From Ramazzottius varieornatus (lineage: Eukaryota; Animalia; Tardigrada), in NCBI GenBank assembly GCA_001949185.1, contig BDGG01000004.1, positions 2,567,620 through 2,631,619 of the forward strand: a stretch of 64,000 nt of DNA. Reading direction: 5' to 3'. Each line of letters begins with the position of its first letter. Within the stretch, counting starts at the first letter, position 1. Below are positions 13,883 to 33,421 of the stretch, piece after piece. The notes under the pieces were generated by a model that saw only the letters and a program-made list of their open reading frames with translations, ran no database searches and was not told where the DNA came from. Both the position numbers and the translations under genes were made by a program.

Positions 13883-14026
13883 CTGTAAATGTTCGCTGCG
13901 TCCGCGCAATACGTCATCGTACAAGTGAAGTACAGCTCCGGTCCGGTTTCACGGATTGCGCAATCCCCTACGGGGTGTATCGTCATGTACATGTACGTAC
14001 TGCGCGGATGCAGCGAAAATTTACGG
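13883..14026. mobile_element. 144-bp MITE, copy 1 (TA-flanked, Tc1/mariner-pogo-like ends)
   Basis: TA|CTGTAAATGTTCGCTGCGTCCGCGCA...TGCGCGGATGCAGCGAAAATTTACGG|TA inverted ends. Homologous to 34050-34193 (shared core GTGAAGTAYAGCTCCGGTCCGGTTTCAC, CCCCTACGGG). Confidence 0.75.
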
Positions 14027-15988
14027 TATGTAAGACTTGCCTGCTTCGTCTTGTTAATTAGACAGCACCGATATCTAAATGTATGCACTGATCTGAATAT
14101 GAACTTGTTCTCTATGTTAAAGCAGAGGTATCCTGAGATGGTACGTTGACAGTACTGGACGTGAAAGTCTTGTTAGCGGTTCGGAAAAGCTTCTCCTTCA
14201 AGCGTATGTAAGTGTATGTAAGTGGTTATCAGTCTAGCGTCTGGCTCGATTTATCTAATGTCGATCAGTCTAACTTTTGGCATCCAGATGGTGCGTGCGG
14301 AATATTTAGATTTGATGATTATCTTCTTGATAGGCTGAGTTGGAGTGGAGGAGCGTTGTGGAAGTTGGAGGTTAACTTTGGGACGTGGAGGTCAACGATT
14401 GCTGACTGACGTCTCATGGTGGGTGAAAAGAACAATCTTCAAACAGGAAATCATTCAGTATTTATCTTCCCAACTGACTCTTTGGGTAGTTAGTACTCTG
14501 TACACGTAAGCGTAGGCTGATCTAGTTTGAGGAATTTTTCTGTTGTCCAGAAGGCATCAGAATGGAGAAGCGCATAGCTGGTGAAACAACCTGTTGCTGT
14601 TCGGTTGATACTGGTAGTACTGCTATCGTGTTTCACGTTTAACTCATTAGCCCTATCACAGTCCTCATGTTTCGGTAGACAGACAGATGACCATGATCGA
14701 CTTTCGACTAGAGATACGGTCACTTGGTCAAACGAGCGTCTTTCGCAAATACACAATGTTTTTCTCGGTTCGCCAGATGATCCCCGAGGCAGTGATTGCG
14801 TGTGGCAGTATGAGACATCACAACCACACGAGCACTGTGAGCAGTACGTGTAGATGACCATAAAGCCATAGACCGGTGGTGATCACGAAGAGAATATCCG
14901 AGTTGGTTCACAGAAAAGAAGATGAACCTTGTTCGTTGGCTCCAGGTCATCTGCAACGCTCCGTTAGCTTTTGCAAACTAACTTATGGTTCTTTGCACTA
15001 CCCAACGTTTTTGTCAAAATTAGACGTCACATCGGTTCTCGTTAGAGCAACTCGCACGAGATATCATAGAAGATATTTTCGTATTCAAAATTCTATTGGG
15101 AGGTCTTGGAGGTTCTTTTAGGTCCAGGTTGAGTTTCACACAATTCTCGGACGACAACGATGAAGGTGCGCTGACGTCAGGAACCCGAAGAACCATTTTT
15201 GGCCAGCCTGTCGTCGGGAGTAAAACGGCTTTACGCGAAAGAATTAGACACGTCTTCACGAAACTTAAAAAGCCAGTGTCAGCCAACTGGCGCACTTCAA
15301 GTGCCTTCTTTCTAATATAACGAGGACTCTGGATTATACTGCTCTCAAGTTTGGTCAGGCAGGAAGCAATGAAGTTCACTCAAGCAGAGCGCTACCCACT
15401 CCAAATATTATTTCTTGCAGATGGTCGCTTGAGCGATCAAGGTCTCACACATGTATAGTGTAGACACACCCTAAACTAAAGCGCGTGTACCTAGTGCAAG
15501 AATGTCTCTTCAGACTATAGTTTCTTCGAGTATGTCCATCGAGCTTCACAGTTTATGTAGTGTGAAAATCTTGAGTGAAATAGTGGTGTCAAGTTATGCG
15601 CTACAGATGTTTGTCGAGTTCCTCTCTCTCATTGTACGTGTGGGCATTATGGTTTCTCACGTGTGGACTGTGCAAATGCGATAATGTGAGAACAAGAAGC
15701 GCGATGACCATAGACACAAGTTAAACACTGGTTGGTACTTGGTGTGCATCGAAAGGATGTGTGGTTGGTCGACAATTATCGATATACGATAGTCTTGTGG
15801 ACATTATACACCATAGCAATTTCATTGCTTCCTAATGGTTTCTTGTTGCAGACTGAAATTGTTCCGCGTTCGTCGATACAAGCCTTGTTATACTCGTAAT
15901 GCCCACCCGAGGTCAGCAGTTTTCTCGCCATTAATATCGTCGGTGATTATTATGGAAATACTCTGCTAATGGACCATCACGCCGAGCA

Positions 15989-22670
<6,682 letters not shown>

Positions 22671-24629
22671 CCACTGTGGAAAGCCCTTCGGAGGGCTCGC
22701 TCGTTCGCAGGTGTTTCGAAGCCAGTGATTCCTTCGACAAACGACTTGCCTTGAAAGACATGTGAAGTCTCACAGTTCTATTTTGTTGTTTTACTTTTCA
22801 AGTTGAGTATGTATGTTTTTATAGAAAATCTGTCTGTGATAACGTTGTTGCACTCTCTGATCCGTTCGAAATGCTCCGCGCTAGATCTGATGTTTTTTAT
22901 CTCGTAATTTATGTATCTCTGAATGTGTTGGTTTCGTGACTACATTTTGGATGTCTGGTAAATTGGTTTTTTGATGGGCCACTGATGAGAGTTCATGGAT
23001 AAGAAAACACAGAATTAAAACGAAACAGTGGTGGAGCATTGATTTTTTGACGTTGTCGTGAGAAACGTTCTACGGTAGCCCCTATAATCGGCGTGCTCGA
23101 GAGTTTCGTGCTCAATTACAGCTAGTTCAGAGTTGTCCTTGTGGCCAGTAGCCTTTGTGCTTTTTCCGATTCGTTAAGCTTGTCCGCACCGGGATAACGA
23201 CCAGTTTTAAAGAGTGATTTCGATTTACACACACGTATCTGGCAATCTCTGATAACGTTTTTAAGGTGTTGCTTGATGCGGACAGTGTTTTTGGGTTGGC
23301 TATGTTGGGCAGAAACTACTGCCGCATGACGAGTGAAATTAGTTTTATCATGAGAAAAACAGCAGAGACGGGTCGAATCTCTTTGCTGATGCCTTTCTTT
23401 GGTTTTGTTTACTGAGTGGCTGAAAATCTGCGCGGGACTAGAACCCGGAAGGGGCAACTCAACGTTGCATCGTCGCGGTGCGTGGATATTTCCAAAGCTT
23501 CGCTGGGGTACATTAATGGTTCGAAGAAAAGCTTGACTTGTTGTGGAGCCAAATTCATCTCCAACTTACCAGTAACCCAATTCTTGATCGTACGGAAATT
23601 GGGTGGCATTGAAACAGCGCTTGGGTGTTTCCGCTTTCGCTTGTGTCGAAATCGACGTTTGCTAAATGAGCGACAACTGCAGGAAGCACGACGCATACGG
23701 GGCTGAATTGTTGTTCCGGTGTTTAAGTAGGCTCAGGAGTTGACACTTCCTTTCCGTATGACGGGATTGTCCTGTCGATACGCAGCACCTAGCGCCCACC
23801 TGATTCCCTCTTCCGGGGAAGCCATCCAGGATTAAGGCAATTAACCGAAGACCAACGACTTCACGAGCCATTACCTACCCTTCATCATATGGTTCGCTAC
23901 GCAGTGTTTCGGCGGTTCACGTCATTTACCAGCCGCTTTCAGCTCTTATTCGCCGCAACATACGCACGAGGAAGACAGGAAGAGTTTTTGTGCCAATAAA
24001 GCTGTCACCGGAGCCCGTCAGAGGGAATTCCGGGTCTTCGCCAGTTCACATGAAGGTTTGCTCGCTGCACGTGAAACCCGTACAAGGTTTTTCAGTTGAT
24101 GACTTTGCGAGTACACTGGTATCAGTCTGCACTCGCTCATCCACTCATCCTGTAGTGCGGCATGATTATGCAGATGATCATTTTGATTTCTGTAAGGTCC
24201 AGAGTTTGACATCGAGGAGCTTCTTCTGTCGACCGTGTCTAATGTACCAGTCTTGACAGTGTATGTGTTTTATCGTTGTAGCATTGCTCTTTGCATCTGA
24301 TATCTCTACAAACTTTCTTTCGAGCATGCGAAGTAGCCCGATTTTGACGACAAGCATCACGAGGCGAGAACCATGCTTTCGCAGTGGCGTCACTAGCGCG
24401 GGAACTCTCATCTGACGTCACACTTGTTGTCGTTCTCTGCAGTGTGAGTTTTGATCATCTGATCGCTTTCTACCATCACGATCACGATTTCGCGCTACCC
24501 AGAAGAGCAGGTGGTAAGTTCTTACGCCGAGTTCGCTTTTATAGTTCTTTATCATGGATGAGTCGACCTGCTCGGACGCTGGAAACCGAAGTCTCTATAT
24601 TTTTCGATTATAGGCAAACTATCATCCAG

Positions 24630-25436
24630 ATGCAGAAACAGGGCGTCGTCTTCGTTATTATCTTCGTATTCCTGTTGGCGGTGGTACAGTCTTCGGGTAG
24701 TCCCAGCAAACTGCGGAAATTTCTGACGCTGCCTAGGACGGAAAGTCCAGAACGTCCGCCGGAAACGCATCCTCTTCCAGCTCCAGCAGGGCCGGTAAAT
24801 TCGGCTGCCAAGGATAACCTTCATCGAAACGATGTTCAGAATGGGTACCGTCCAGTACTGGAAGAAACCTTCTTTGTTTATTCCAAACGAGCTCCCGCTG
24901 GTCGCCGAGTATGCGGGAAGCAGTTGACGTCGCTTTTGTCTTTGGTGTGCAACGGAAGATACAGCACTGGAGGTGAGTGATTTTGCCTGTGAATTCTTTT
25001 ATGGATATTATTCCATCGGATCATAGTAATCTCGGGAATGATTGCTGGGCGTGGGTTTGTAAAACGGTTTTTCTTTGCAGGAAGGAAGCGGCGGAGTGCG
25101 CCAACAAGGGACATAGAAATCGATGAGCTGATGAACGGAAATCGAAGCCAGGTCGATGAGTTGATGAACGGAAACCGAAGCCAGGCAAAAAGAAAGAGGT
25201 ACCCGGAAGAAGATAGCGGTAACGAAGCTACCGGAAGTGGCGAACCTGTGAACATGGTTCGAGTGAGCATGCAGAGAAGGTCAAATGCCATCTTCCTGCA
25301 CAGAAGGCAGGATGAAGATGAGGATGGAACGACGGGAGCGTATACCGAGTGCTGTCTAAAACCCTGTGCAGTCAAAGATATGATAGGCTACTGTCATCCT
25401 GATGTTCAAAAGTCCAAATACGGCGTCGGCAGCTAA
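24630..25436 (+). CDS. Insulin-like peptide precursor
   Basis: Exons 24630-24972 and 25081-25436. Signal peptide, B chain RRVCGKQLTSLLSLVCNGRY (C-x11-C), RKRR and KRKR cleavage sites, A chain GAYTECCLKPCAVKDMIGYC (CC-x3-C-x8-C). Phase-1 intron right after the B chain. Confidence 0.92.
25120..25185 (+). repeat. 33-bp tandem duplication in the ILP C-peptide (DELMNGNRSQ x2)
   Basis: TCGATGAGCTGATGAACGGAAATCGAAGCCAGG followed by TCGATGAGTTGATGAACGGAAACCGAAGCCAGG; the two differences are synonymous. Confidence 0.85.
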
Positions 25437-25780
25437 AAACTGAGCATTAGACTATTTTCGTAGTGAGTTAGATGTTGTGCTGTGGTTTTATTGTATATAC
25501 GTAACTATCGAGAAGCTTGTTGTTGGCTCCTGTGAAGTATAAGCTGTCCATCTCAAAAAGATACCCACATGGAACCGCCGGGAGAAAACGCCCATTATGG
25601 CCGCATCGATTAGTACAATGTTTTTTCCGTCGCGTTAGAGAACAAAAGATATTGTGTATCGAAAAGACCAACTGTAGTCTCTGTGTTTGATACGCCCAAA
25701 GGAGCCCTGTCGTGCGTCAGTGCACTTTTGAAAATCGAAGAAAGAAAGGTCTGCGAAAAGTTCAAAATAAAGAAGCAGCG

Positions 25781-26429
25781 TCATATTACTGCGTCCAAAG
25801 GTCGGTTGAAGCCTCCTCGGCGGTTCATGTACTGGCGATACTTCCGCTTTTTTGCGATGTTAGCGGCACTCACGTCATTGCCCTCAACTTTTTTCCCCTT
25901 GGTCGTGTCGAAGGAGGAGAATCCCATTACCGCTGCTAAGGATTCTCCATCGTCATCCTCCACCGCATCCATGAAAGGTGTCGCGCCCATCTTTTCGCCC
26001 TTTGCCGACTAAAACAAAACAGTAATTTTTGAAACAGTTTGCTACTCTTCCTAATTAGTCCAGTACCTTGTCACCGTAGGATGGAGATCGCGAGCGGGTG
26101 CGATGAGGTCTTTTGTCAAGTTTTTTAGCACGATCAGGACTTCGGGACGAACGCCGCTTCCGGTCCGCAGAAGGAGAGGGACTGCGTGTCCTGCTTCTTC
26201 GAGTGCGCTTGCGCTCTCGCTCCAGACGTTCCAGATCCTCCGCATAGCCTTCTTCTCTTCGATAGCGCTTCCCATCAGTCCTTCCGTCCCCTCTTCCATC
26301 ACCTCTGCCGTCACCTCTGCCGTCACCTCTTCCATCACCCCTTCTGTCAGCTGCAAATACACAGGCATAATTAAGTATATTCAGCATAGTTCACTAGCAT
26401 AGCGAAACGTTTGTGTACTTACAAGGCAT
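25781..26429 (-). CDS. SNRNP27: U4/U6.U5 tri-snRNP 27 kDa protein
   Basis: RS-rich N-terminus and C-terminal [17 protein letters not shown]...[20 protein letters not shown]. Three exons. Confidence 0.92.
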
Positions 26430-27662
26430 TGTGGTGTCAGTTGATCAGGCGAAGATAAGTCCTCAAGCACCAACCGTCATTTAACCCTCAATCCTTGGCG
26501 CTACGTCCGGAGGATGACAAATGCCCCAATCTTCGTACAGCAGTCCTAAAGCTCTTCTCGTTTCAACAACGGCATCATAAGTCCAGATTCGCCACGGTAC
26601 TCTGAAAAGGCAGACTTCTGTCCGCAGCCACAGCGTTCTCGCAGTTCACGGAACCCGAACGTTCAGGGGGACATGATTTAGTAGTAACAAGTCAGTCGTG
26701 TTTCCGGACGCAGACGATGAAGACTGCACAGGAAAGCTTCAAGAAGACTCAGAAGAGAGAATCGAGGTACGAGGTAAACGACATAATTCGGGCATATTGA
26801 TTCTCGCACCATAATTCGGGCAACGCAAAACGTTTGAACATTACAGACATTAAGTTGCCACCGCCAGATGAAAGTCCCACTGTAGATAAGATGAGTTGCA
26901 ACGTCACTCATAAGCGCAGCAGCTGACCAGAACTTTGAATAGTTGGGCAGCCACCATGCTTCCCAATGCTAGCCAACCGTAACTCCAATTACGCTATTTT
27001 CCGAAAATAGGGGAGCTCCGGAAAGCAAAATGTAGTTACACGTCACGAGAGGGGCGGAGCAAGGCCGTAGCTACAGTTGCAAAGTGAACGGGAGTGGCAA
27101 CTTAATCTCTATGTTATCGTCAACGATTCATCTCTCATCGTACGCCTGTTGATACAACATTAGCCTTTCTAACACTGGACAGACCCATCCCTCTCCCAGG
27201 CCAAATTCCCGTGCTCTACAACGCTTTGTCGTTCTCAAACCTATTTAAAACTCGAGAAGAGGGATCAGTCTACCTCAGGAAACAAGAAGCAGTTCATTAC
27301 GCGCAGCAAAGGCTGACAAAAAATATGCCCGAATTTCGAGTGAAAAGCCACTATGTCCGAATTATGTCGTTTACCTCGTACTAACAGACCAAACCAATCT
27401 GAGCACAGTGAGCAGGAATTCGGAAAAAACGCAACAGTTTGACAAGGCCCGGCTGGATAAGAGAGCTGTGTACGTGGTTCAAGGTGAAACCGATGACGAG
27501 CCGGGACCGTGTGTTCGATTACCAACTATCCTGGGGCTAAAGGGCAAACACTATCAGCTGTTTTTGTTGTGCTTTCTTTCTGGTAAGTTGTTTCTGGAGT
27601 AGCTTCTCTGGACGTCAGTCCGGAGTCCCAGGTGAACGGTCTCACGATAGTCTCAGGCGAGA

Positions 27663-30437
27663 ATGGACAAATCACAGGAGGATCTCCTGAAGCGGGAAAG
27701 AGTTGTTGATGCATTCTTGCACGCGCTTCCCACGACGGAGACGCTGAAGCTCAGCCAGATCACGAACATGCTCGACGCCTTCGTGTACCGCTTCATCTCC
27801 TACTACCCTACTCTCCATGTTCCCGCAATGCTGAACGAAGTCTACCGAACATCTGTGGATGGATCTGGCGCAGATATCTTTACCTGCGGTTCTTGCGGGC
27901 AACTCTTCGAAGACCCTGTAACTCTCTTCTGTCCAGACGACAGTCATACCTTCTGCAAGAACTGTGTTAAAGATGCTCATCGCTGCACCACCTGTGGCAG
28001 TAGCGTACCGATCGAATTTTCCTCCGGAATTTCCCCTTCTCTCACGATACAAGCCCTCCTAGATTACGTGTTTCCCCGAAAGATGAAGTGCTATGAGAAC
28101 AGAAAGCAGGGCAATCGTCTGATCAAAAATGGTGACTTCCGGGGTGCAATCGGGAAATATACCGAAGCTATCGAACACGGTAGTAGGTTCCTCCCTTTGA
28201 CATGTCAAACCTAGCTAATCATTGTGAAATTTCATAGATGGAAACAGCGCCGTCTTGTTCAGCAACAGGTGTCAAGCATACACCTTGTTGGAAGACTACA
28301 CGTCAGCCTTGTCGGATGCGGATCGTACCATCGCGTTACGCCCATTGTGGTCGAAGGGGCACTACAGAAGAGCCATCATTTTGAGCAGAATGGATAATGT
28401 GCAAGCTGCATTAGAGTCCACGCTTCTTCTGATGCTCTTAGACCGGACGGTGATGGCTACACGGGACTTGCTGAAGGACCAGTTTAGACGCTTCCTTACA
28501 AAAGAAATCGGGATCAGACTTAATGCAGAAGTTGAGGTACTCGTTCGTAATGTTTCTCAGGTGTTGTAATTCGGAAAATGGTAGCGCTATGTATCTTAGT
28601 CGTCTTCGGAATCGGCACGCGGTAGTGACCCCAGTGCCGAGGCGGAAGTAAGTCGTCAGGATTTGACTACGATACTCCAGCGACTGGAGAACACTGTCCA
28701 CTCCACAAAGACTAGTATGGTCGGAAAGATAAGTATGTTATCGTGTCGCTTTTTCATGGCACCTTAGCCCGAAAACAGCTTTGGATCACGAAAACAATAA
28801 ACAAGACGAAACTATTCATCATTTTCTTTTGCAGTTGAGGAAGCAGAAAACTCCGCAGAGAAACAGATTGCCGCGTCAAAGTCTTCTCATACCGACTCAA
28901 ACGAGCTGCCTGCAGGAGCATCTCCCGAAAAGCTGGAAGAACTCCTGACGTGCACTTTGTGCTATAGGTATGCGATTAACAATGAAGTCTCGTCTTTGCA
29001 GGTGGGCCAGAGTAATGATCCTAACAGAAATCAGTCTAAGGAATGATATTTTCTGAACAGGTTACTATACCGTCCTATCACCCCGAACTGCGGTCATTCA
29101 TTCTGCGGAGTTTGCCTGCAGCGAGTTCTGGACTTCAAGCCCTCCTGTCCTCAATGTCGGCACGATCTGTCCATAGTAAGTATCTTCCTATTTAAAATAC
29201 GGATGTATGTTCTGTTAACCGTTACCTTCTGCGCAGTACCTAGCTTACCGACAGTTTGGGGTCTCCGAAGTACTCCAGAAGTTCATTGCACGGTACTTGC
29301 CTACTCAGCTTGTCGAGCGGACTACAGTTCATCAGACAGAAATGCAGAGTCTGTCAAAGTAGGTGTTCGTGCCAGCTCTCGTATTTGTGTTCGATGGGGT
29401 TGATTGTCAACAACGCAATTTGATTAACTGTGTGCGCTTTTCATCGCCTAGGATCACTGAGGAAGAAATGGAAGTGGCTATCTTCGTGCTTAACGCCGCC
29501 TACCCAGGGATGCCATTTTCGTTGTAAGGGAGCAGGCGTACCTTGTAGGAACGTTCAACAGGCTAGAAGAGGCTCCGAATTTCTGTATCGTTCATTTCAG
29601 ACACGTGTTCGAACCGCGTTACCGGCTGATGATGCGCCAGGCCATGGAGTCTGGCTCGAGGATATTCGGAATGTGTGAATATACTGGTAGCCGGGGCGAA
29701 ACCTTTGCCGACATCGGAACCATGTTGTACATCAATCATTTGGAGCACACTGAGGATGGCCGATGCTTCGTCAGCGCAATCGGCCAGCGGAGGTTCAAGG
29801 TGTTATCTCGGGGAATGCGAGACGGTATTGTTTACTCAAAGTTTGTTTCGGATCTGCTGAGAAAGTTGTCGCTGCTTTAAGCTGCGTGAAACAACCAAGA
29901 TGGTTCTCTGGTGTGTTTCTAATATTGCAGGTTACCATACAGCTGTCGTAAAGTACATTGAGGATGACCCGATTCCCGCCGAAGAATTAGATGGTACTGA
30001 GGAGTGCTTTACTTGGACCATGTGTCGCTTGGTTCTTGTGCCGAATGCTTGGTTTGCTACAACAGACAGTTGATTATTTCAGATCTTGAAAGACTACAAG
30101 AGTCCGCTTACGTCCTGGTTCGAGCACGCTTCGGGTCTTTATCGCCGTCCAGTTTGGAGGCAGTTTCGGACAACTTCGGACCATTACCACCCAAACCATC
30201 GCTAACAGACTGCTCCCCCGATGGTAATCTGCGCCAAATGATAATAAATTTAGTTTTGTGCCTAGCCATGACGATTCTTTCCCAGGACCTAGCTGGATAT
30301 GGTGGGTCGCCGCTGTTGTCAGCACGCTTTTCTCCACCAGCATCCCTCTGCTCGCTAAGACGAACCTCCGCAATCGCCTGCAAACCATTTTACGGGTGTT
30401 TCGGCACAGCGCATTGGCGTTTCAGCCTGATGAATAA
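27663..30437 (+). CDS. LONRF: LON peptidase N-terminal domain and RING finger protein
   Basis: RING1 (FTCGSCGQLFEDPVTLFC..HTFCKNC), TPRs (FSNRCQAY..P.WSKGHYR), RING2 (CTLCYRLLYRPITPNCGHSFCGVC), LON-N domain (AYPGMPFSLHVFEPRYRLMMR..GQRRFKV), GPSWIWW. Confidence 0.9.
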
Positions 30438-30888
30438 CACGCTCTTGTGTACTGGTGGGTGTTCAAGCTCAATATTGTCCGAATACTGTGAGGTCTGGCT
30501 AAAACAACAATCTGGCGAGTGAGGGGTGGGGAAGAGGTTCCGGCGCGTGTTAGTTTTACTGTTTTTATCAAATTTCAGCTTTTCAATCCAACCGGTAAAG
30601 ATTTGTCGGTTCTAAAGTGTGCACCTTTCGGACTCAAAAGATTAGTTCGTACGTGTAGAGAAAGTCAGTGGAAATTACGTGTCAAAAGACGCAAGGGCTA
30701 TAAAAAAGCGACAATAGTAGCAGACTTGCTCATTGAGATAAGAGTTAAAAACAACACTTGAAGGTCACAACTAAATGCACTCGCAGAAGCTACGAATAGT
30801 TGGGTTGTGGAACGAGAAGAGGCTATGTTAGGAAGGCGAACACACGTGGCACCTGAGCTGCACCGGTAATAGCGACCCCTCTGAGTTT

Positions 30889-33000
30889 TCAAGTGGACGA
30901 CTGAGCCTTGTATTTCGAGAACAGATTGTAGAGGACTCGAAGTGTGGACTTGAGATCCAGGTTGACGATGTCTGTTCAGAAAGCACAACATCAGCAAAAA
31001 CAGTCCACCGAAAACGTAACAATGCTGTACCACGTACAAAATGAATGCAAAGTTTCAACTAACCTTCTGGACGAGCTCGAGGTCTGGGCAAGCCACCATC
31101 TTGCATCAGTTCGAATGCGAAAGTAACATTATGCACCTTCAAAGAGGTTCGCGTTATTCCCAGCAGTCTCGAATCTGCAGACAAGTACTAAGCAGTTGCA
31201 TATTGAACAGTCGTACTTTCTGGTCAACCGTAGACGGAGCCGAATAGTAGTCGTACAAGGGAACGAAGTACCCTTCTAACAAACCGATCAACAGGATCAA
31301 GTACACTCCGTCGTGAAACTACAAGATAGACTTCTACTATATAGAGCAATAAACTTCATCGCAGAGTCTTCGTCGAGTACCGAACTTTGGGCTATCATTA
31401 TAGCGGACAAACCTGCGTTTCGAGGTCGCTGACTTCCAGACTCAGCTGCTCCAAACTTTGATTCACGAACATCAACAATCGCTGTAAAAGAAGCACGACC
31501 TAAGTCAAAGGCCAATGATCATTACTAAGACTACTTTGCGAACTCACCTTCTTCACTACGTTGAGCTTGTCGGGGGCGTGATCGAATAAAGTATCGAAGG
31601 CATCACGTTCTACAAACACGAAAGGTCTTTGTGGTTCTCGAACTATCAAAACGGTTTTCGGTTGTCTGCCAACTTACCTTGACGTAATCCCCATTCACTA
31701 AAAACGACACGAAAATCATGAAAACGAATGGCGCCGGTAGAATTATGTAAGTAATCTGAAGGTATACGGTACGAACTCGTAAGTGGCGGTGATCTCTTCG
31801 ATCATTTGTCGTCGATGTAACAAGCCATCTCGCTTCTGCGATAGAAAACTACGTTTTTAAGGGAATCAGCCACTCGGAAAATGTCTTTGGGCTTACCTGG
31901 ACCGCGGTAACTCTGACACTGACGTTCTCGGGGAAACGAACCGGGGCGCGGTAGAAACGGGCCAAGGCCACCAACAGATGAAGCATCGCGACAAGGTACT
32001 TGGAGTGGATAGCTGTAACACACAGACAGATGCCGTAGTCAAAGACCATTCATATCGGTAGATTATCAGCCGGAATATTAATGGTATTAGGCTAGTGGCT
32101 GTATATTGCTTACTGTCCACTGTCCATTTTGGATTCTGCCATTGCTGTACTTGCAAAATTCGGTTGGCTTCGTCCAGAATTACTTTCAATTTCTGTTTCT
32201 GTCCCTCTTCCGTCTGGGTCACTTCCGGTATCTCCACTTTGATGTTCTCGAGCTTCTCTGCAATAGGCAACCAAACTCAGTTCCAATCACGTAAGACCGT
32301 GATCAGTGCGGCTACGTCTGCTCTGGAACGTCTAGATGGTTTGCGGTGCTGAGCACATCTTTGACACAGAGCACCTTATTCACACTAACCAATAAGCTTC
32401 TGCAAGACCTGCCCGTCAAACAGATCTTCTTCCAAGGGATGTTTCACGATGATACGATGGGAGGCGAGCTCGTCGTTGATCCAGTCGATCAGAACCTGAA
32501 GCAAAGTAAGAATGTATCCGTATATGCCTCGGGGTGCGTTAATTCCGCGGACCGTACTAACACACAAGTATAAGGCCTTATGCGATGCTCGCGAGAAGAT
32601 TTCCCTTTCACTTACCTGGACCAGCTCTTTCACTTTCGGGTCCTCTCGAGATGCTGGATCAACCATGTATCGCTCTTCACCCTCCTCTGTAACATATGGG
32701 AACTTTATAAGGCTGAAGGTATAATTATGGACTGCAGCATCATTCTCTAGTACGTGAAGACCGGACTCTAGTTGGCTACGTACGAAGTTGGGCATCAAGA
32801 GACACTGCGCCGATGTTTGGTGGGCTTCCAGGAGAGTCGATGGCATACCTGCCTTCCTGTTCCACATCGAAAACTGCAAAATGTAAATACAAATGCGATA
32901 AGGATGCATGTGCGGGCATCAACAACTGTCTAACTAACGACTCCTAGTTTCCAGATGGGAAAGGCTATCTCTTACCGGGGTAGGCTGTACGTCGAGGCAT
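30889..33000 (-). CDS. parvin: Parvin (beta/alpha-parvin-like, two CH domains)
   Basis: EQEGRYAIDSPGSP, EEGEERYMVDP.SREDPK, VLIDWINDEL..EDLFDGQVLQKL, RDAFDTLFDHAPDKLNVVKK, DIVNLDLKSTLRVLYNLFSKYK. The start exon (MPRRTAYP) is uncertain. Confidence 0.88.
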
Positions 33001-33421
33001 CTTCCTCTCCACAATCGGCGAACACGAGGAACCAGAATCAAATAAGCCCCAAATGCAGACGCGAAGTTCCGTGGTATCACTGGTATGGCTAATTAGCGAT
33101 TCTTTCGCGAAGATCCAAGCTGACCATATAAGGACAACCCAATACTAACAGCTCGTGCCGTTTGGAATGATCGGCGTGCCAGGAAGTATCCATCTGACAT
33201 GAACATGGCTCGCCATTTGGGTAATCTAGGCTGGAACAAATAATCATACGGTGCACTGACTGCACTGTACGTACTTTGGTTTGTTTTGGTTTTCCTCAGA
33301 TTTATCTGTTCCTCCATTCACTTCTGGATCCCAGCCGCCTGCGTAGGACGCTCGATGATTTCGGCTCTTTGAAGTTTCAGACTTGGTTTCACATTCCCCA
33401 CACGGATGAATACTTGCAGGA

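Noticed and set aside
26285-26345. 12-bp repeat encoding (RGDG)n in SNRNP27 as an RGD integrin motif
   Set aside because: Nuclear low-complexity region; ordinary coding microsatellite.
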